A stretch of DNA of 44,963 nt, taken from assembly GCA_032718475.1 (NCBI GenBank), contig JAUCBJ010000901.1, positions 1-44,963 of the forward strand, in the 5' to 3' direction. The notes under the pieces are model-generated. The model was not told where the DNA came from, ran no database searches, and worked only from the letters and a program-made list of their open reading frames with translations. The translations under genes were made by a program, and so were the position numbers. This DNA comes from Nemertoderma westbladi (lineage: Eukaryota > Animalia > Xenacoelomorpha). Shown here piece after piece: positions 13,285-24,560 of the stretch (positions are counted from its first letter, which is position 1; every line of letters starts with the position of its first letter).

Positions 13285-13493
13285 CATTTTAATGACCCCG
13301 ATTTGCACCTCGCAAACATCATGGCAACAAGATCCTCCGGAACTATTCCTATTCGTCTGTCCCAATTGTTACAAACGTAAATAGCCTTGCCGGTTCTCTT
13401 GTCGTCCTCTCTCACGGTGAGTAGAGACTCGCCAGGGGGCGCACCTTTACACCCCTTTATGTAGGATATGAAGTCAATAGAATAAGTTGTCAT
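13285..13493 (-). CDS. HIRAN-like domain protein, exon 1
   Basis: ATG at 13493; MTTYSIDFISYIKGCKGAPPGESLLTVREDDKRTGKAIYVCNNWDRRIGIVPEDLVAMMFARCKSGSLK. The pattern I.G...GE.L...RE.D....AI.V......IG.VP..L fits HIRAN. Donor TG|GTTAGT (phase 2). Confidence 0.6.
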
Positions 13494-13721
13494 CGTAAAT
13501 AAATAGTTAATAAAACTCAATTAAATGGATACGTTAGGGAGCAAAATTGTCGACGCAATATATTCGTGTAGAATGGTAACTTAAACTCCGTAGGTGTAAC
13601 CGGAAAGTTTGAATATTGTATAATTTTGTTAGGAATTGTAGCATCCCAATAAAGTGTGCGTAGTTCAAAATAATTTTAAAATGTTAATTATTAGTAGTGG
13701 GGATTCACTACATAACCGCGG

Positions 13722-13729
13722 TATTTATA
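13722..13729 (-). promoter_or_regulatory. candidate TATA box for the HIRAN-like gene
   Basis: Minus strand CGCTATAAATACCGCGG, ~230 bp upstream of the ATG. Confidence 0.35.
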
Positions 13730-14456
13730 GCGTAATTTATTATTAATACCCGGAAAGAAATACAATAAACGTCAAACCGAGTGGAAAACCCGAAGAACTT
13801 ATCGTACGGTACACCGGGTATGCACTTAAGGAGAGCACCTGCTCATTTTTAATAGGACTAAATGCAAACGTTGGATTATTATTGTATTATTATAAAGCAT
13901 TAAAGCATCAAAGTATAGCAAAGCAACCACGATTTCCTTATAACTTTCCGAACCCTCCTTTATAATCCTCGCCTATTTTCTATTTATGATTAAATCATCC
14001 GTGGAATATTTAACTTACATGATTGTATATTGTAATTCCACGATTATCCACAATAACATTAATTTACACCATTGACACGTCCCTATTCTACAATCCAATA
14101 GGCCTGTTATCATTATTTAAAAATAACCCCATGAATAATATATTTTAGAATAATAATCAAAGTGATACACAAGGCAGTATAAGTCTCATAGGCAAAACAA
14201 TCTGATTTTAAGTCCAACATTTAATTATAATAAATATAAAATTAATAATTAGCGTCGTTATATCGAATGGCGGGGTTGATGAACAATGACAGGGGGAATG
14301 ACGACATACGACATATTGGGGGAGGATGAATTATATGGTTGGACCTTAGACAGGCATGGAAAGGAAGATGGGAGAGGGAAGAGCGATTTGGAGAAAAGGA
14401 GAATGGAGAAATGAAAGGGAAGTAAGAAGGGGAAAGGAAGGAAGGGAAATGTGATC

Positions 14457-17400
14457 AGGTCTAGGAGTCGCCGAGGTAAAGGAAGTAGGTCTAGGAGTCG
14501 CCGAGGTAAAGGAAGTAGGTCTAGGAGTCGCCGAGGTAAAGGAAGTAGGTCTAGGAGTCGCCGAGGTAAAGGAAGTAGGTCTAGGAGTCGCCGAGGTAAA
14601 GGAAGTAGGTCTAGGAGTCGCCGAGGTAAAGGAAGTAGGTCTAGGAGTCGCCGAGGTAAAGGAAGTAGGTCTAGGAGTCGCCGAGGTAAAGGAAGTAGGT
14701 CTAGGAGTCGCCGAGGTAAAGGAAGTAGGTCTAGGAGTCGCCGAGGTAAAGGAAGTAGGTCTAGGAGTCGCCGAGGTAAAGGAAGTAGGTCTAGGAGTCG
14801 CCGAGGTAAAGGAAGTAGGTCTAGGAGTCGCCGAGGTAAAGGAAGTAGGTCTAGGAGTCGCCGAGGTAAAGGAAGTAGGTCTAGGAGTCGCCGAGGTAAA
14901 GGAAGTAGGTCTAGGAGTCGCCGAGGTAAAGGAAGTAGGTCTAGGAGTCGTCGAGGTAAAGGAAGTAGGTCTAGGAGTCGTTGAGGTAAAAGAAGTAGGT
15001 CTAGGAGTCGCCGAGGTAAAGGAAGTAGGTCTGGGAGTCGCCGAGGTAAAGGAAGTAGGTCTAGCAGTCGCCGAGGTAAAGGAAGTAGGTCTAGGAGTCG
15101 CCGAGGTAAAGGAAGTAGGTCTAGGAGTCGCCGAGGTAAAGGAAGTAGGTCTAGGAGTCGCCGAGGTAAAGGAAGTAGGTCTAGGAGTCGCCGAGGTAAA
15201 GGAAGTAGGTCTAGGAGTCGCCGAGGTAAAGGAAGTAGGTCTAGGAGTCGCCGAAGTAAAGGAAGTAGGTCTAGGAGTCGCCGAGGTAAAGGAAGTAGGT
15301 CTAGGAGTCGCCGAGGTAAAGGAAGTAGGTCTAGGAGTCGCCGAGGTAAAGGAAGTAGGTCTAAGAGTCGCCGAGGTAAAGGAAGTAGGTCTAGGAGTCG
15401 CCGAGATAAAGGAAGTAGGTCTAGGAGTCGCCGAGGTAAAGGAAGTAGGTCTAGGAGTCGTCGAGGTAAAGGAAGTAGGTCTAGGAGTCGCCGAGGTAAA
15501 GGAAGTAGGTCTAGGAGTCGCCGAGGTAAAGGAAGTAGGTCTAGGAGTCGCCGAGGTAAAGGAAGTAGGTCTAGGAGTCGCCGAGGTAAAGGAAGTAGGT
15601 CTAGGAGTCGCCGAGGTAAAGGAAGTAGGTCTAGGAGTCGCCGAGGTAAAGGAAGTAGGTCTAGGAGTCGCCGAGGTAAAGGAAGTAGGTCTAGGAGTCG
15701 CCGAGGTAAAGGAAGTAGGTCTAGGAGTCGCCGAGGTAAAGGAAGTAGGTCTAGGAGTCGCCGAGGTAAAGGAAGTAGGTCTAGGAGTCGCCGAGGTAAA
15801 GGAAGTAGGTCTAGGAGTCGCCGAGGTAAAGGAAGTAGGTCTAGGAGTCGCCGAGGTAAAGGAAGTAGGTCTAGGAGTCGCCGAGGTAAAGGAAGTAGGT
15901 CTAGGAGTCGCCGAGGTAAAGGAAGTCGGTCTAGGAGTCGCCGAGGTAAAGGAAGTGGGTCTAGGAGTCGCCGAGGTAAAGGAAGTAGGTCTAGGAGTCG
16001 CCGAGGTAAAGGAAGTAGGTCTAGGAGTCGCCGAGGTAAAGGAAGTAGGTCTAGGAGTCGCCGAGGTAAAGGAAGTAGGTCTAGGAGTCGCCGAGGTAAA
16101 GGAAGTAGGTCTAGGAGTCGCCGAGGTAAAGGAAGTAGGTCTAGGAGTCGCCGAGGTAAAGGAAGTAGGTCTAGGAGTCGCCGAGGTAAAGGAAGTAGGT
16201 CTAGGAGTCGCCGAGGTAAAGGAAGTAGGTCTAGGAGTCGCCGAGGTAAAGGAAGTAGGTCTAGGAGTCGCCGAGGTAAAGGAAGTAGGGCTAGGAGTCG
16301 CCGAGGTAAAGGAAGTAGGTCTAGGAGTCGCCGAGGTAAAGGAAGTTGGTCTAGGAGTCACCGAGGTAAAGGAAGTAGGTCTAGGAGTCGCCGAGGTAAA
16401 GGAAGTAGGTCTAGGAGTCGCCGAGGTAAAGGAAGTAGGTCTAGGAGTCGCCGAGGTAAAGGAAGTAGGTCTAGGAGTCGCCGAGGTAAAGGAAGTAGGT
16501 CTAGGAGTCGCCGAGGAAAAGGAAGTCGGTCTAGGAGTCGCCGAGGTAAAGGAAGTAGGTCTAGGAGTCGCCGAGGTAAAGGAAGTAGGTCTAGGAGTCG
16601 CCGAGGTAAAGGAAGTCGGTCTAGGAGTCGTCGAGGTAAAGGAAGTAGGTCTAGGAGTCGCCGAGGTAAAGGAAGTCGGTCTAGGAGTCGCCGAGGTAAA
16701 GGAAGTAGGTCTAGGAGTCGCCGAGGTAAAGGAAGTAGGTCTAGGAGTCGCCGAGGTAAAGGAAGTAGGTCTAGCAGTCGCCGAGGTAAAGGAAGTAGGT
16801 CTAGGAGTCGCCGAGGTAAAGGAAGTAGGTCTAGGAGTCGCCGAGGTAGAGGAAGTAGGTCTAGGAGTCGCCGAGGTAAAGGAAGTAGGTCTAGGAGTCG
16901 CCGAGGTAAAGGAAGTAGGTCTAGGAGTCGCCGAGGTAAAGGAAGTCGGTCTAGGAGTCGCCGAGGTAAAGGAAGTAGGTCTAGGAGTCGCCGAGGTAAA
17001 GGAAGTCGGTCTAGGAGTCGCCGAGGTAAAGGAAGTGGGTCTAGGAGTCGCCGAGGTAAAGGAAGTAGGTCTAGGAGTCGCCGAGGTAAAGGAAGTAGGT
17101 CTAGAAGTCGCCGAGGTAAAGGAAGTAGGTCTACGAGTCGCCGAGGTAAAGGAAGTAGGTCTACGAGTCGCCGAGGTAAAGGAAGTAGGTCTAGGAGTCG
17201 CCGAGGTAAAGGAAGTAGGTCTAGGAGTCGCCGAGGTAAAGGAAGTAGGTCTAGGAGTCGCCGAGGTAAAGGAAGTAGGTCTAGGAGTCGCCGAGGTAAA
17301 GGAAGTAGGTCTAGGAGTCGCCGAGGTAAAGGAAGTAGGTCTAGGAGTCGCCGAGGTAAAGGAAGTAGGTCTAGGAGTCGCCGAGGTAAAGGAAGTAGGT

Positions 17401-20400
17401 CTAGGAGTCGCCGAGGTAAAGGAAGTAGGTCTAGGAGTCGCCGAGGTAAAGGAAGTAGGTCTAGGAGTCGCCGAGGTAAAGGAAGTAGGTCTAGGAGTCG
17501 CCGAGGTAAAGGAAGTAGGTCTAGGAGTCGCCGAGGTAAAGGAAGTAGGTCTAGGAGTCGCCGAGGTAAAGGAAGTAGGTCTAGGAGTCGCCGAGGTAAA
17601 GGAAGTCGGTCTAGGAGTCGCCGAGGTAAAGGAAGTAGGTCTAGGAGTCGCCGAGGTAAAGGAAGTAGGTCTAGGAGTCGCCGAGGTAAAGGAAGTAGGT
17701 CTAGGAGTCGCCGAGGTAAAGGAAGTAGGTCTAGGAGTCGCCGAGGTAAAGGAAGTAGGTCTAGGAATCGCCGAGGTAAAGGAAGTCGGTCTAGGAGTCG
17801 CCGAGGTAAAGGAAGTCGGTCTACGAGTCGCCGAGGTAAAGGAAGTAGGTCTAGGAGTCGCCGAGGTTAAGGAAGTAGGTCTAGGAGTCGCCGAGGTAAA
17901 GGAAGTAGGTCTAGGAGTCGCCGAGGTAAAGGAAGTCGGTCTAGGAGTCGCCGAGGTAAAGGAAGTAGGTCTAGCAGTCGCCGAGGTAAAGGAAGTAGGT
18001 CTAGGAGTCGCCGAGGTAAAGGAAGTAGGTCTAGGAGTCGCCGAGGTAAAGGAAGTAGGTCTAGGAGTCGTCGAGGTAAAGGAAGTAGGTCTAGGAGTCG
18101 CCGAGGTAAAGGAAGTCGGTCTAGGAGTCGCCGAGGTAAAGGAAGTAGGTCTAGGAGTCGCCGAGGTAAAGGAAGTAGGTCTAGGAGTCGCCGAGGTAAA
18201 GGAAGTAGGTCTAGGAGTCGCCGAGGTAAAGGAAGTCGGTCTAGGAGTCGCCGAGGTAAAGGAAGTAGGTCTAGGAGTCGCCGAGGTAAAGGAAGTAGGT
18301 CTAGGAGTCGCCGAGGTAAAGGAAGTAGGTCTAGGAGTCGCCGAGGTAAAGGAAGTAGGTCTAGGAGTCGCCGAGGTAAAGGAAGTAGGTCTAGGAGTCG
18401 CCGAGGTAAAGGAAGTAGGTCTAGGAGTCGCCGAGGTAAAGGAAGTAGGTCTAGGAGTCGCCGAGGTAAAGGAAGTAGGTCTAGGAGTCGCCGAGGTAAA
18501 GGAAGTAGGTCTAGGAGTCGCCGAGGTAAAGGAAGTAGGTCTAGGAGTCGCCGAGGTAAAGGAAGTCGGTCTAGGAGTCGCCGAGGTAAAGGAAGTAGGT
18601 CTAGGAGTCGCCGAGGTAAAGGAAGTAGGTCTAGGAGTCGCCGAGGTAAAGGAAGTCGGTCTAGGAGTCGCCGAGGTAAAGGAAGTCGGTCTAGGAGTCG
18701 CCGAGGTAAAGGAAGTAGGTCTAGGAGTCGCCGAGGTAAAGGAAGTAGGTCTAGGAGTCGCCGAGGTAAAGGAAGTAGGTCTAGGAGTCGCCGAGGTAAA
18801 GGAAGTAGGTCTAGGAGTCGCCGGGGTAAAGGAAAGAGGTCTAGGAGTCGCCGAGGTAAAGGAAGTAGGTCTAGGAGTCGCCGAGGTAAAGGAAGTAGGT
18901 CTAGGAGTCGCCGAGGTAAAGGAAGTCGGTCTAGGAGTCGCCGAGGTAAAGGAAGTAGGTCTAGGAGTCGCCGAGGTAAAGGAAGTAGGTGTAGGAGTCG
19001 CCGAGGTAAAGGAAGTAGGTCTAGGAGTCGCCGAGGTAAAGGAAGTCGGTCTAGGAGTCGCCGAGGTAAAGGAAGTAGGTCTAGGAGTCGCCGAGGTAAA
19101 GGAAGTAGGTCTAGGAGTCGCCGAGGTAAAGGAAGTAGGTCTAGGAGTCGCCGAGGTAAAGGAAGTAGGTCTAGGAGTCGCCGAGGTAAAGGAAGTAGGT
19201 CTAGGAGTCGCCGAGGTAAAGGAAGTAGGTCTAGGAGTCGCCGAGGTAAAGGAAGTAGGTCTAGGAGTCGCCGAGGTAAAGGAAGTAGGTCTAGGAGTCG
19301 CCGAGGTAAAGGAAGTAGGTCTAGAAGTCGCCGAGGTAAAGGAAGTAGGTCTAGGAGTCGCCGAGGTAAAGGAAGTAGGTCTAGGAGTCGCCGAGGTAAA
19401 GGAAGTAGGTCTAGGAGTCGCCGAGGTAAAGGAAGTAGGTCTAGGAGTCGCCGAGGTAAAGGAAGTAGGTCTAGGAGTCGCCGAGGTAAAGGAAGTCGGT
19501 CTAGGAGTCGCCGAGGTAAAGGAAGTAGGTCTAGGAGTCGCCGAGGTAAAGGAAGTCGGTCTAGGAGTCGTAGGGGAAAGGAAGTAGGTCTAGGAGTCGC
19601 CGAGGTAAAGGAAGTAGGTCTAGGAGTCGCCGAGGTAAAGGAAGTCGGTCTAGGAGTCGTAGGGGAAAGGAAGTAGGTCTAGGAGTCGCCGAGGCAAAGG
19701 AAGTAGGTCTAGGAGTCGCCGAGGCAAAGTAAGTAGGTCTAGGAGTCGCCGAGGCAAAGGAAGTAGGTCTAGGAGTCGCCGAGGTAAAGGAAGTCGGTCT
19801 AGGAGTCGCCGAGGTAAAGGAAGTAGGTCTAGGAGTCGCCGAGGTAAAGGAAGTAGGTCTAGGAGTCGCCGAGGTAAAGGAAGTAGGTCTAGGAGTCGCC
19901 GAGGTAAAGGAAGTAGGTCTAGGAGTCGCCGAGGTAAAGGAAGTCGGTCTAGGAGTCGCCGAGGCAAAGGAAGTGGGTCTAGGAGTCGCCGAGGTAAAGG
20001 AAGTAGGTCTAGGAGTCGCCGAGGTAAAGGAAGTAGGTCTAGGAGTCGCCGAGGTAAAGGAAGTAGGTCTAGGAGTCGCCGAGGTAAAGGAAGTAGGTCT
20101 AGGAGTCGCCGAGGTAAAGGAAGTAGGTATAGGAGTCGCCGAGGTAAAGGAAGTAGGTCTAGGAGTCGCCGAGGTAAAGGAAGTAGGTCTAGGAGTCGCC
20201 GAGGTAAAGGAAGTAGGTCTAGGAGTCGCCGAGGTAAAGGAAGTCGGTCTAGGAGTCGCCGAGGTAAAGGAAGTAGGTCTAGGAGTCGCCGAGGTAAAGG
20301 AAGTCGGTCTAGGAGTCGTAGGGGAAAGGAAGTAGGTCTAGGAGTCGCCGAGGTAAAGGAAGTAGGTCTAGGAGTCGCCGAGGTAAAGGAAGTCGGTCTA

Positions 20401-20594
20401 GGAGTCGTAGGGGAAAGGAAGTAGGTCTAGGAGTCGCCGAGGCAAAGGAAGTAGGTCTAGGAGTCGCCGAGGCAAAGGAAGTAGGTCTAGGAGTCGCCGA
20501 GGCAAAGGAAGTAGGTCTAGGAGTTGCCGAGGTAAAGGAAGTCGGTCTAGGAGTCGCCGAGGTAAAGGAAGTAGGTCTAGGAGTTGTAGGGGAA
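14457..20594. repeat. 30-bp minisatellite array (~204 copies)
   Basis: Unit AGGTCTAGGAGTCGCCGAGGTAAAGGAAGT, highly homogeneous. Four 29-bp variant units lie near the right end, and both flanks are purine-rich. Confidence 0.98.
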
Positions 20595-20673
20595 CGGGGA
20601 AGGGAATATAATGAAAAGAAGATCGAAAAGTCGGGGGAAGAAAGGAGCAGGTAAGTCTAGATCGAATCAATTC

Positions 20674-23600
20674 GATGGTGCAGCTGGATGGAAGAAGTTG
20701 AACTAACTGACTTGAACCGATACTAGATGGTGCAGCTGGATGGAAGAAGTTGAACCAACTGACTTGAACCGATACTAGATGGTGCAGCTGGATGGAAGAA
20801 GTTGAACTAACTGACTTGAACCGATACTAGATGGTGCAGCTGGATGGAAGAAGTTGAACTAACTGACTTGAACCGATACTAGATGGTGTAGCTGGATGGA
20901 AGAAGTTGAACTAACTGACTTGAACCGATACTAGATGGTGCAGCTGGATGGAAGAAGTTGAACTAACTGACTTGAACCGATACTAGATGGTGCAGCTGGA
21001 TGGAAGAAGTTGAACTAACTGACTTGAACCGATACTAGATGGTGCAGCTGGATGGAAGAAGTTGAACTAGCTGACTTGAACCGATACTAGATGGTGTAGC
21101 TGGATGGAAGAAGTTGAACTAACTGACTTGAACCGATACTAGATGGTGTAGCTGGATGGAAGAAGTTGAACTAACTGACTTGAACCGATACTAGATGGTG
21201 CAGCTGGATGGAAGAAGTTGAACTAACTGACTTGAACCGATACTAAATGGTGTAGCTGGATGGAAGAAGTTGAACTAACTGACTTGAACCGATACTAGAT
21301 GGTGTAGCTGGATGGAAGAAGTTGAACTAACTGACTTGAACCGATACTAGATGGTGTAGCTGGATGGAAGAATTTGAACTAACTGACTTGAACCGATACT
21401 AGATGGTGCAGCTGGATGGAAGAAGTTGAACTAGCTGACTTGAACCGATACTAGATGGTGCAGCTGGATGGAAGAAGTTGAACTAACTGACTTGAACCGA
21501 TACTAGATGGTGTAGCTGGATGGAAGAAGTTGAACTAACTGACTTGAACCGATACTAGATGGTGCAGCTGGATGGAAGAAGTTGAACTAACTGACTTGAA
21601 CCGATACTAGATGGTGCAGCTGGATGGAAGAAGTTGAACTAACTGACTTGAACCGATACTAGATGGTGTAGCTGGATGGAAGAAGTTGAACTAACTGACT
21701 TGAACCGATACTAGATGGTGCAGCTGGATGGAAGAAGTTGAACTAGCTGACTTGAACCGATACTAGATGGTGCAGCTGGATGGAAGAAGTTGAACTAACT
21801 GACTTGAACCGATACTAGATGGTGTAGCTGGATGGAAGAAGTTGAACTAACTGACTTGAACCGATACTAGATGGTGCAGCTGGATGGAAGAAGTTGAACT
21901 AACTGACTTGAACCGATACTAGATGGTGCAGCTGGATGGAAGAAGTTGAACTAACTGACTTGAACCGATACTAGATGGTGTAGCTGGATGGAAGAAGTTG
22001 AACTAACTGACTTGAACCGATACTAGATGGTGCAGCTGGATGGAAGAAGTTGAACTAACTGACTTGAACCGATACTAGATGGTGCAGCTGGATGGAAGAA
22101 GTTGAACTAACTGACTTGAACCGATACTAGATGGTGTAGCTGGATGGAAGAAGTTGAACTAACTGACTTGAACCGATACTAGATGGTGCAGCTGGATGGA
22201 AGAAGTTAAACTAACTGACTTGAACCGATACTAGATGGTGCAGCTGGATGGAAGAAGTTGAACTAACTGACTTGAACCGATACTAGATGGTGTAGCTGGA
22301 TGGAAGAAGTTGAACTAACTGACTTGAACCGATACTAGATGGTGCAGCTGGATGGAAGAAGTTGAACTAACTGACTTGAACCGATACTAGATGGTGTAGC
22401 TGGATGGAAGAAGTTGAACTAACTGACTTGAACCGATACTAGATGGTGCAGCTGGATGGAAGAAGTTGAACTAACTGACTTGAACCGATACTAGATGGTG
22501 CAGCTGGATGGAAGAAGTTGAACAAACTGATTTGAACCGATACTAGATGGTGCAGCTGGATGGAAGAAGTTGAACTAACTGACTTGAACCGATACTAGAT
22601 GGTGTAGCTGGATGGAAGAAGTTGAACTAACTGACTTGAACCGATACTAGATGGTGCAGCTGGATGGAAGAAGTTGAACTAGCTGACTTGAACCGATACT
22701 AGATGGTGTAGCTGGATGGAAGAAGTTGAACTAACTGACTTGAACCGATACTAGATGGTGTAGCTGGATGGAAGAAGTTGAACTAACTGACTTGAACCGA
22801 TACTAAATGGTGTAGCTGGATGGAAGAAGTTGAACTAACTGACTTGAACCGATACTAGATGGTGTAGCTGGATGGAAGAAGTTGAACTAACTGACTTGAA
22901 CCGATACTAGATGGTGTAGCTGGATGGAAGAATTTGAACTAACTGACTTGAACCGATACTAGATGGTGCAGCTGGATGGAAGAAGTTGAACTAGCTGACT
23001 TGAACCGATACTAGATGGTGCAGCTGGATGGAAGAAGTTGAACTAACTGACTTGAACCGATACTAGATGGTGCAGCTGGATGGAAGAAGTTGAACTAACT
23101 GACTTGAACCGATACTAGAAGGTGCAGCTGGATGGAAGAAGTTGAACTAACTGACTTGAACCGATAATATATGGTGCAGCTGGATGGAAGAAGTTGAACT
23201 AACTGACTTGAACCGATACTAGATGGTGCAGCTGGATGGAAGAAGTTGAACTAAGTGAATTGAACCGATACTAGATGGTGCAGCTGGATGAAAGAAGTTG
23301 AACTAACTGACTTGAACCGATACTAGATGGTGCAGCTGGATGGAAGAAGTTGAACTAACTGACTTGAACCGATAGTAGATGGTGCAGCTGGATGGAAGAA
23401 GTTGAACTAACTGACTTGAACCGATAATATATGGTGTAGCTGGATGGAAGAAGTTGAACTAACTGACTTGAACCGATACTAGATGGTGCAGCTGGATGGA
23501 AGAAGTTGAACTAACTGACTTGAACCGATACTAGATGGTGCAGCTGGATGGAAGAAGTTGAACTAACTGACTCGAACCGATAGTAGATGGTGCAGCTGGA

Positions 23601-24001
23601 TGGAAGAAGTTGAACTAACTGACTTGAACCGATAATATATGGTGCAGCTGGATGGAAGAAGTTGAACTAACTGCCTTGAACCGATACTAGATGGTGCAGC
23701 TGGATGGAAGAAGTTGAACTAACTGACTTGAACCGATACTAGATGGTGCAGCTGGATGGAAGAAGTTGAACTAACTGACTTGAACCGATACTAGATGATG
23801 CAGCTGGATGGAAGAAGTTGAACTAACTGACTTGAACCGATAATATATGGTGTAGCTGGATGGAAGAAGTTGAACTAACTGACTTGAACCGATACTAGAT
23901 GGTGCAGCTGGATGGAAGAAGTTGAACTAACTGACTTGAACCGATACTAGATGGTGCAGCTGGATGGAAGAAGTTGAACTAACTGACTTGAACCGATACT
24001 A
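20674..24001. repeat. 52-bp minisatellite array (64 copies)
   Basis: Unit GATGGTGCAGCTGGATGGAAGAAGTTGAACTAACTGACTTGAACCGATACTA; 3328 bp = 64 x 52. Confidence 0.98.
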
Positions 24002-24393
24002 TTTCTTATGTATTTTGTGATTTAATTTGCTGTAGTTAAACACAATTTATTTGTTATAGTGGTAAAGGGCAGAAGTACTTATCGTATATGGTGATATTTT
24101 ATTCCATTTGATCCTTATTGGGTGTCAGAATTGTTATTTTCGCTTTCATTCTTTAGCTACAAGCCTTTAAAAACGTTGTCTCCGTCGTTATTGCATCAGT
24201 TACTACTACTACTAGGTCGAGCGAACTCGGACAAAGAATCGGTTCGGGCATCAGTTACACCGCAGTTACTATTATTAGATAATCATGTTCCTTTAAGAGT
24301 TCCGTATTTTGTACACATTTAATACTATACGTAGCTCAATGTATCTTCGCCAGAACCAGCTTCCACATCCTGACTTGTGTACTGCAAGGTGAA

Positions 24394-24473
24394 ACATGGT
24401 TCCATTCCAATCAATTTGTATTGGATTACGCGACACATGGCTCCATTACTATTCAATTTGTATTGGATTACGC
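24394..24473. repeat. ~41-bp tandem duplication
   Basis: ACATGGTTCCATTCCAATCAATTTGTATTGGATTACGC followed by ACATGGCTCCATTACTATTCAATTTGTATTGGATTACGC. Confidence 0.8.
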
Positions 24474-24560
24474 AATGAGGACGGTCAAGATCTTGTATTC
24501 ACACTACAACAAGATTGAAAAAACAGTAGACATACAGTGACAGCTAACTAGCTAGCGGGA

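Noticed and set aside
14451-14984. Protamine/SR-like ORF (RSRSRRGKGS)n
   Set aside because: GTG start only, terminated by a point variant inside the array; an alternative frame of the satellite.
20674-24001. CRISPR-like appearance of regular repeats
   Set aside because: The units are contiguous with no unique spacers, there are no cas genes, and the context is eukaryotic. The 52-bp unit is not a multiple of 3, so it is not coding either.
24119-24132. TGGGTGTCAGAA resembling the tRNA-Leu PBS
   Set aside because: Short imperfect match with no adjacent LTR end or gag.
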